A DNA stretch of 64,000 nucleotides from Candidatus Latescibacterota bacterium (lineage in GTDB: Bacteria > Latescibacterota > UBA2968 > UBA8231). The translations under genes and the position numbers were made by a program. The DNA lies in NCBI GenBank assembly GCA_965261395.1, contig OZ253462.1, positions 4,384,001 to 4,448,000 of the forward strand. Reading direction: 5' to 3'. The notes under the pieces are model-generated. The model did no database searches. It was not told where the DNA came from and worked only from the letters and a program-made list of their open reading frames with translations. Below are positions 56,628 to 64,000 of this stretch, piece after piece (positions within the stretch are counted from its first letter, which is position 1; the number at the start of each line of letters is the position of its first letter).

Positions 56628-57472
56628 TGCGTCGCTTACAGCTAGACGAGGCCGAGGCCGTACACCTGCCCGGCGGCGACCTTCGACTCGACGGGGGAAC
56701 TATGTTCGGCGTGGTACCCAAGGCCCTATGGCAACGCGAGTCCCCTCCAGATGAACACAACCGCATCCGCCTGTCGTGCAACTGCCTGCTCCTGAAAACG
56801 GGCCGCGAACTCGTGCTGTTCGACGCCGGGTTTGGCGAGCGCTTCTCCCCGCGCGAGCGCACCATGTACGGCATGGATGGCGCACATACATTGCGCGGCT
56901 CGCTCGACGCCGCCGGCGTGGCCCCAGAGGCAATTACCATGGTCGCGCTCACCCACCTGCACTTCGACCACTTCTGCGGCTGTCTCGTCGCAGGGCCTGC
57001 GGATCTAGCCCCGCTCTTTCCCAACGCCGTCCACGCGGTGCAGCGCGGCGAGTGGGACGACGCCTTGGCCGGCCGCAGCACCATGCGGAGCAGCTACCGG
57101 CCCGGGGAGTTGCACACCCTTGCCCGCCAAGTCGAGATGCGCTTCCTCGACGGCGACGGCGAATTGGCCCCCGGGCTGACGGCCTTTGTCACCGGCGGCC
57201 ACACTCGTGCCCATCAGGGCTTTCGCCTTGCGGCTGGCGGCCACACCCTCGTCTATCCCGGAGAGCTGATCCCCACGCGCCTTCATCTCCGGACCTATTG
57301 GAACATGGCCTACGACATGTTCCCCCATCAGACTTTGACTCGCAAACAGCACTTTGCTGCAGAGGCCGCCGCCCAGGGGTGGATCGTGGCTTGGGACCAC
57401 GATCCCGCCGCGCCTTGGAGCCGCATCGTCCAAGACGGCGAACACTTTGTTGCCCGCGAGGTGGAACTTTGA
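56627..57472 (+). CDS. Metallo-beta-lactamase-fold hydrolase (YtnP-like)
   Basis: LDGGTMFGVVPK, THLHFDH, GGHTRAH, MAYD, WDHDP. Confidence 0.88.
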   Translation: MRRLQLDEAEAVHLPGGDLRLDGGTMFGVVPKALWQRESPPDEHNRIRLSCNCLLLKTGRELVLFDAGFGERFSPRERTMYGMDGAHTLRGSLDAAGVAPEAITMVALTHLHFDHFCGCLVAGPADLAPLFPNAVHAVQRGEWDDALAGRSTMRSSYRPGELHTLARQVEMRFLDGDGELAPGLTAFVTGGHTRAHQGFRLAAGGHTLVYPGELIPTRLHLRTYWNMAYDMFPHQTLTRKQHFAAEAAAQGWIVAWDHDPAAPWSRIVQDGEHFVAREVEL

Positions 57473-57507
57473 CCACGACTAGGCCATGCGTTACTTTTAA
57501 CGCCACT

Positions 57508-57753
57508 ATGTCCTTGGAAGTCATTGAAATTCCCGCCGCGCACCGCGACCTGCTCAACCGCCTGTCCGAGCTAATTCCCGACCTCAAACCAGACTCGCCG
57601 CAGAGTTTGCAGCGGATCTTCGGCTTGGGACTGATCGCCCTAACCATGCAGATCACCAATAAGGCCCGCGCCCAAAATCAAGGCGACCTAGTCGCCGAGT
57701 TGGGCGACCTCGCCAAGTCTATGGTCGAGGCCGAAGGCTGGGTCTCGCTATGA
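57508..57753 (+). CDS. Small hypothetical protein (81 aa)
   Basis: Fills the gap between operon genes, host-like codon usage, ATGA overlap with the next gene; is the 3' end of the listed 56776-57753 ORF. Confidence 0.65.
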   Translation: MSLEVIEIPAAHRDLLNRLSELIPDLKPDSPQSLQRIFGLGLIALTMQITNKARAQNQGDLVAELGDLAKSMVEAEGWVSL

Positions 57754-58529
57754 TACCGCCCTCCTCGCTCGACCTCTTCAGCCTCAAGGGCCGCACGGCC
57801 TTGGTGACGGGCGGCAGCAAGGGGCTCGGAGAGGCCATGGCCTGTGCGCTGTCGGCGGCCGGTGCCGACGTGGCCCTCACCAGCCGCAATGAGGAAGAAG
57901 CCCGCGCCGCAGCCGCGCAAATCAGCGCCCATACCAACGGCCGCGTGCTCGCTTTCCAAGCCGACGCGGCCGACCGCGCCCAAGTGGAAGCCTCGGTCCG
58001 CCAAACCAGCGACGCCTTGGGCCCTATCGACATCCTAGTCAACAACGCTGGCATCAACATCCGCAGCCCCATCGTCGAGCTGCGCGACGAGGATTGGGAC
58101 GCGGTCATCGCCATCAACCTCACCGGCCCGATGTACTACTGCCGAGCCGTGGGGCCGCAGATGATCGAGCGCGGCTACGGTCGCGTCATCAACCTCGGGT
58201 CCACAGTCTCTCAGGTCTCAATCGCCGACCGCACGCCGTATGCATCAAGCAAGGGCGGCATCGTCCAGCTCACCAAGACCCTCGCCCTCGAATGGGCACG
58301 GCACGGGATCACCGTCAACGCCATCTGCCCCGGCCCTTTTATCACCCCGATCAATGCCATCCTGCTACAAGACCCGGCCAAGGCGCGCGAAATGATTGCC
58401 AAGGTTCCCATGGACCGTTGGGGCGACCCGGCCGAGCTAGCCACGGCCGTCCTCTACTTTGCTTCAGAAGCATCTGGCTTTACCACCGGGGCGACCCTAG
58501 TCGTCGACGGCGGATACACCGCTCAATAG
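57750..58529 (+). CDS. Short-chain dehydrogenase/reductase (gluconate 5-dehydrogenase/FabG-like)
   Basis: TGGSKGLG, NNAG, YASSK, VNAICPG, VDGG. Confidence 0.92.
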   Translation: MIPPSSLDLFSLKGRTALVTGGSKGLGEAMACALSAAGADVALTSRNEEEARAAAAQISAHTNGRVLAFQADAADRAQVEASVRQTSDALGPIDILVNNAGINIRSPIVELRDEDWDAVIAINLTGPMYYCRAVGPQMIERGYGRVINLGSTVSQVSIADRTPYASSKGGIVQLTKTLALEWARHGITVNAICPGPFITPINAILLQDPAKAREMIAKVPMDRWGDPAELATAVLYFASEASGFTTGATLVVDGGYTAQ

Positions 58530-58535
58530 CACGGC

Positions 58536-59318
58536 TTAGAGCCGGCGACAAACCCTCTTAAAAGCAAACCGCGTCAAGCGGGGCAAGTGCTGGCGTAGCT
58601 TGATCAGCAAATGCGCGGCCACGTCTGGGACGCTCTTGCGCTTGCCCGCGGCTACGGCGTCGGCGATGGCCTCGGCCACTTCCTCCGCCGACTTGGCGAA
58701 CTTTTCCTGCACCGGCAGGTGCTGAGTACCCGCCCGCGCGGCAAACTCTGTATGCACCAAGCCCGGCCCCACAAGGTGGACGCCAATGCCCTGGGGTGCC
58801 AGCTCGTAGTCGAGACTTTCGGCCAAGCCGTTTACCGCGAATTTTGTCGCGCTGTACACGGCGTGCTTGGGCACGGGGAATTCGCCGGCAATACTCGATA
58901 TGAAGACCAACCGGCCCCGCCCTTGCGCTAGCATACCCGGTAGAAAGGCTCGCGTGCAGTAGATGACGCCGAGCAGGTTCGTCTGCACCACGGCCGCGCA
59001 TTCGCGCACATCCGCGTCGGCAAAGGAGCGGTAATACCCCCGACCCGCATTGTTGATCAGCACGTCGGCCTCGCCCCATTGCGCCTCCACCTCGGCGTGC
59101 AAAGCACCGACTTGGGCCAGATCGCTTACGTCGCACGGCACCACTAGCGGCTGGCGGCCGCCGCTGTCTTCAATTGCCGCCCCCAGTTCTGCTAGCGCCT
59201 CGGCGCGGCGCGCCACCAACACCAAGCGCGCCCCGCGCTCGGCTAGCACAAGGGCCAAGGCGCGACCGATGCCGCTGCTGGCCCCGGTCAGCACAACCCG
59301 CTGGTCATCCCAGTTCAT
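58536..59318 (-). CDS. Short-chain dehydrogenase/reductase
   Basis: Start MNWDDQ after GAGGGG; TGASSGIG, NNAG, YSATK. Confidence 0.9.
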   Translation of the reverse strand: MNWDDQRVVLTGASSGIGRALALVLAERGARLVLVARRAEALAELGAAIEDSGGRQPLVVPCDVSDLAQVGALHAEVEAQWGEADVLINNAGRGYYRSFADADVRECAAVVQTNLLGVIYCTRAFLPGMLAQGRGRLVFISSIAGEFPVPKHAVYSATKFAVNGLAESLDYELAPQGIGVHLVGPGLVHTEFAARAGTQHLPVQEKFAKSAEEVAEAIADAVAAGKRKSVPDVAAHLLIKLRQHLPRLTRFAFKRVCRRL

Positions 59319-59529
59319 TATCCCCTCAATTTTTTCATAATGAGAATTAAATCTTCTTGTTGTCATTTGAAGAAAATATCGCAATAAGTTATTTTTAATA
59401 CACTTATCTATATTTATCCCCTTTTTTTGGAGATATATTGTCAATATAGGAAAATTTCCATTTGCGACTCTGCGTCAAGATACGGCATAAGTTCTTTATA
59501 AACAAAACACTAGCATAATTTTTGTCGTT

Positions 59530-59545
59530 TGGCACGAAAATTGCA
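59530..59545 (+). promoter_or_regulatory. sigma54 (-24/-12) promoter upstream of groES
   Basis: TGGCAC-GAAAA-TTGCA matches the TGGCAC-N5-TTGCW consensus, 52 nt before the groES ATG, with AT-rich upstream DNA. Confidence 0.75.
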
Positions 59546-59597
59546 ATATCATATAGCATGTCATAACCATTTTACCTCATAAAAGGAGGAGCCAATC

Positions 59598-61540
<1,943 letters not shown>

Positions 61541-61561
61541 GGGACGCCTAGTAAACGCGCA

Positions 61562-61600
61562 AAAGCGGGCGGGGTGTTTCATCCCGCCCGCTTTCTTTTT
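61562..61600 (+). terminator. Rho-independent terminator after groEL
   Basis: AAAGCGGGCGGG...CCCGCCCGCTTT followed by a T-rich tract. Confidence 0.88.
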
Positions 61601-61673
61601 ATTTAAATGTTGCAAAATGAATTGCTGAGTTGGATGCGCGACTCCAATCCACTACCTCCTTAAGGACCTACCC

Positions 61674-62783
61674 ATGCCCACCCTATACCAACGCCTAGGC
61701 CTGCGCCCTTTCATCAACGCCCGCGGCACCATCACCACACTCGGCGGCTCCATCATGCCCGCGCCCGTGGTCGAGGCGATGGCCGAAGCGTCGCGCCAAT
61801 TCGTCCATCTCAACGAGCTGCACGAAAAAGCCGGTGCCCGCATCGCCGCGCTCACCGGCGCTGAAGCGGCCTTTGTGTCTTCGGGCGCGGCCGGCGGCAT
61901 GCTCTTGGCCGGTGCAGCTTGCCTGACCGGTACGGACGCCCGCGCCATTGCGCAGCTTCCCGATGTCGGGGATCGGCCCAACCAGTTCGTCATCAGCTTG
62001 GTCGATTCGCATTACTACGTCCATCAGGGCTTTCGCCTCAGCGGCGGCGAACTGGTCAAAGTCGGGACCACCAAGAACGTGACGCTCGACGATTACGCCG
62101 CTGGTATCGGCCCCAAAACCGCGGCCGTAGTGTATTTCCTCGGCAGCCAGCCCCTATCCGAACTGCCCGCGCTCGTCGCCGCTGCCCACGAGCGCAACGT
62201 ACCGGTCATCGTCGATGCGGCCGCGCAATTGCCGCCGCGCTCCAACCTGACCGACCTGCCGGCCATGGGCTGCGACCTGTCGGTGTTCAGCGGCGGCAAG
62301 GGCCTGTTTGGGCCGCAGTCATCGGGCCTGATCTTGGGGCGCAAAGACCTAATTGCGGCATGCCACCTCAACTCCAACCCGCACTCGGCTATCGGCCGCG
62401 GCATGAAGGTCGGCAAAGAGGAAATCTGCGGCCTGCTGCGCGCCGTCGAGCTATTCTTTGAAATGGATGAAGCAGCGCAAGTGGCCGAGTGGGAGCGCCG
62501 CTGTCGGGTCATCGCCGAGGCCGTCGAGGGCATCGCTGGCATTAAGGCTAGTTTTACCAGCGCCTACGAGAACAAATTTCCGCCGGCCGAGCCGCTGGTG
62601 CATCTACACTTTGGCGACGCAGCCCCCTGCTCGGCCGGCGACGTAGTGCACGCGCTCGAAGCAGGCGAGCCGTCGATCTTGGTCAGCGGCGGCGACACCG
62701 CGCTCAGCGTTGGGCCGCAAACCCTCTTAGACGGCGAAGCCGAAATCATCGCCGACCGCCTCCACCGCATCTTAACCGCCTAA
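61674..62783 (+). CDS. SelA-like / DgaE-like PLP-dependent enzyme
   Basis: INARGTITTLGGS, VIVDAAAQLPP, FSGGKGL.GPQSSG, IGRGMKVGKEEI; 369 aa, shorter than true SelA. Confidence 0.85.
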   Translation: MPTLYQRLGLRPFINARGTITTLGGSIMPAPVVEAMAEASRQFVHLNELHEKAGARIAALTGAEAAFVSSGAAGGMLLAGAACLTGTDARAIAQLPDVGDRPNQFVISLVDSHYYVHQGFRLSGGELVKVGTTKNVTLDDYAAGIGPKTAAVVYFLGSQPLSELPALVAAAHERNVPVIVDAAAQLPPRSNLTDLPAMGCDLSVFSGGKGLFGPQSSGLILGRKDLIAACHLNSNPHSAIGRGMKVGKEEICGLLRAVELFFEMDEAAQVAEWERRCRVIAEAVEGIAGIKASFTSAYENKFPPAEPLVHLHFGDAAPCSAGDVVHALEAGEPSILVSGGDTALSVGPQTLLDGEAEIIADRLHRILTA

Positions 62784-62808
62784 CCATCTCAACGAGGAGC
62801 CAACCGCC

Positions 62809-63114
62809 ATGACCGAAGACAAAACCACCCTCAGCGCCGCCGAAGTAGATGTCGAATTGCAAACCCTTGAAGGTTGGAGCCGCGACGGCATCATCATCTC
62901 GCGCGACTTCGTCTTTGCCAACTTCAAGGACATCACCTCGTTCCTCAACCACCTGACCAGCACCATCAGCGAGCAAAACCACCACCCCGACTTCTCCTTG
63001 GACACTGGCAAGCGCACCATCGCCGTCTCGGTAACTACCCACAGCGAAGGGGCTGTCACCCGCTCGGATATTCTCTTCGCCCGCACGCTCAACGAGTGGC
63101 AGCCGGGAAGCTGA
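62809..63114 (+). CDS. Pterin-4-alpha-carbinolamine dehydratase family protein
   Basis: EQNHHPD and TTHSEGAVT..D..A motifs. Confidence 0.88.
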   Translation: MTEDKTTLSAAEVDVELQTLEGWSRDGIIISRDFVFANFKDITSFLNHLTSTISEQNHHPDFSLDTGKRTIAVSVTTHSEGAVTRSDILFARTLNEWQPGS

Positions 63115-63187
63115 GTACACAACCGGCGTATCTGTCCCCGTAGGCGCTGAGATGCGTTGAAGGATGCCTAAGTAGTACCGGCGCTTC

Positions 63188-64000
63188 TCAGAAGAATATC
63201 TTGTGCAGCAGGCGCAGATTTCGGCCTGGCTCGGGCAGGATCTCTTTGACGCGGTTGAGGTGGTTGCGATACACCGCGTCGGTGGCGTTTTCCAAGGTCA
63301 GGGCGAAAGTGTGCAGACGTCCCCCCCACTCCGCATAGTACTGACCTGAAAAATCCAGCACTGCGTAGCCCTCCGTAGGCTTTTCAAACTCGCCGATCCG
63401 GTTCTGCTCCGTGGCTAGGCGTAGAGCAATGGTCACACTCAGCGCCTCGGTGGGTTCGCAGGTCAGGCCTAGGTGCCCTTGCAGGGGTGGCAGACGCGGC
63501 AAGGGTTCGTCGTTGAGGTCAATGAGGTGGCCGCGCACATAGCTGAGGGTGCCGGCGGCCTTCCAGTAATCCGCCACGTGCCAATCGAAGGTGACTTCGG
63601 CACCGTGCATAAGGACGTGCTCCCCTACAGTCTGGTAGAGGAAGAGATCGGCGCGCCGCAGACTGCGCTCGCCGCTGTTTTTGGGGAAAATGTACCCGTC
63701 AATGGCGTTGCGGAAGACGGCCAAGTGTACATGGCCTTCTTCGTGGTGGTAGTCGACGAACAGCTCCAGTCCTAAGCCGCGTTCGCTATCGAGGGAACCA
63801 TTCCCCACCTCGTACGAATAGGCGGCCAAATGCGGCCCTTCGGAAAACAGCTCTTCGATACCGGGGGCGCGAAAGGTGCGCATCAAGGTCGTGCCGAGGG
63901 TCAGACCCGAGCTGGCGCGGTAGTGGTTGGACAGGCCGGCGGACATACCGGCAAAGTCGCGCGTCTGGATGCGGCCGACCCGCCGCGAGTCGCGTTCCTC
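63188..64000 (-). CDS. TonB-dependent receptor, C-terminal part (5' end outside window)
   Basis: RTFRAP..EELFSEGPH, GNGSLDSE, LPRLPP, TEGY, LENATD..YRNHL, PGRN and terminal Phe. Confidence 0.88.
   Translation of the reverse strand, partial: EERDSRRVGRIQTRDFAGMSAGLSNHYRASSGLTLGTTLMRTFRAPGIEELFSEGPHLAAYSYEVGNGSLDSERGLGLELFVDYHHEEGHVHLAVFRNAIDGYIFPKNSGERSLRRADLFLYQTVGEHVLMHGAEVTFDWHVADYWKAAGTLSYVRGHLIDLNDEPLPRLPPLQGHLGLTCEPTEALSVTIALRLATEQNRIGEFEKPTEGYAVLDFSGQYYAEWGGRLHTFALTLENATDAVYRNHLNRVKEILPEPGRNLRLLHKIFF

Noticed and set aside
59445-59597. CIRCE element
   Set aside because: CTAGCA is present but the TTAGCACTC-N9-GAGTGCTAA inverted repeat is not.
61674-62783. True selenocysteine synthase selA
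   Set aside because: Too short, motifs fit the SelA-like/DgaE group, and no selB/selC/selD nearby.

Overview
GC-rich bacterial chromosome segment. The gene content suggests a Latescibacterota/Poribacteria-like FCB-group organism: many FlgD-Ig C-terminal domains, a 'WGRIK' tail, and CRTAC1/ASPIC-UnbV and TPR proteins. This taxonomy is inference only. From left to right: (1) 3' part of miaB. (2) An AT-richer accessory block (958-5519) with a hammerhead-ribozyme-like RNA motif and two tandem paralogous lipoprotein genes with different repeat stalks and Cys-rich tips. The first is broken by a complete 932-bp IS5-family element, and relics of a lost gene copy lie nearby. (3) Two paralogous secreted glucose/sorbosone-dehydrogenase-like proteins, one carrying an extra diheme module, and a CRTAC1-like protein. 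(4) A ~23-kb minus-strand cluster of uncharacterised surface proteins (four FlgD-Ig '...AY' paralogs, a putative beta-barrel, TPR lipoproteins, two ASPIC/UnbV proteins, a PPIase, a His-rich membrane-TPR protein), divergent from an atypical sugar ABC transporter. This is the best candidate for an undescribed system. (5) A three-gene inactive helicase / UvrD helicase / Fe-S nuclease module, a PTS IIA and GT-C glycosyltransferases. (6) A lower-GC insert with a frameshifted methyltransferase and an SPL-like radical SAM gene. (7) Sugar-nucleotide (GDP-heptose-like) genes and SDRs. (8) groES-groEL behind a sigma54-type promoter, with a His-tailed GroEL, then a SelA/DgaE-like PLP enzyme, a pterin dehydratase and the 3' end of a TonB-dependent receptor. 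No rRNA, tRNA or CRISPR array was seen. All family calls come from motif recognition by eye, not database searches.
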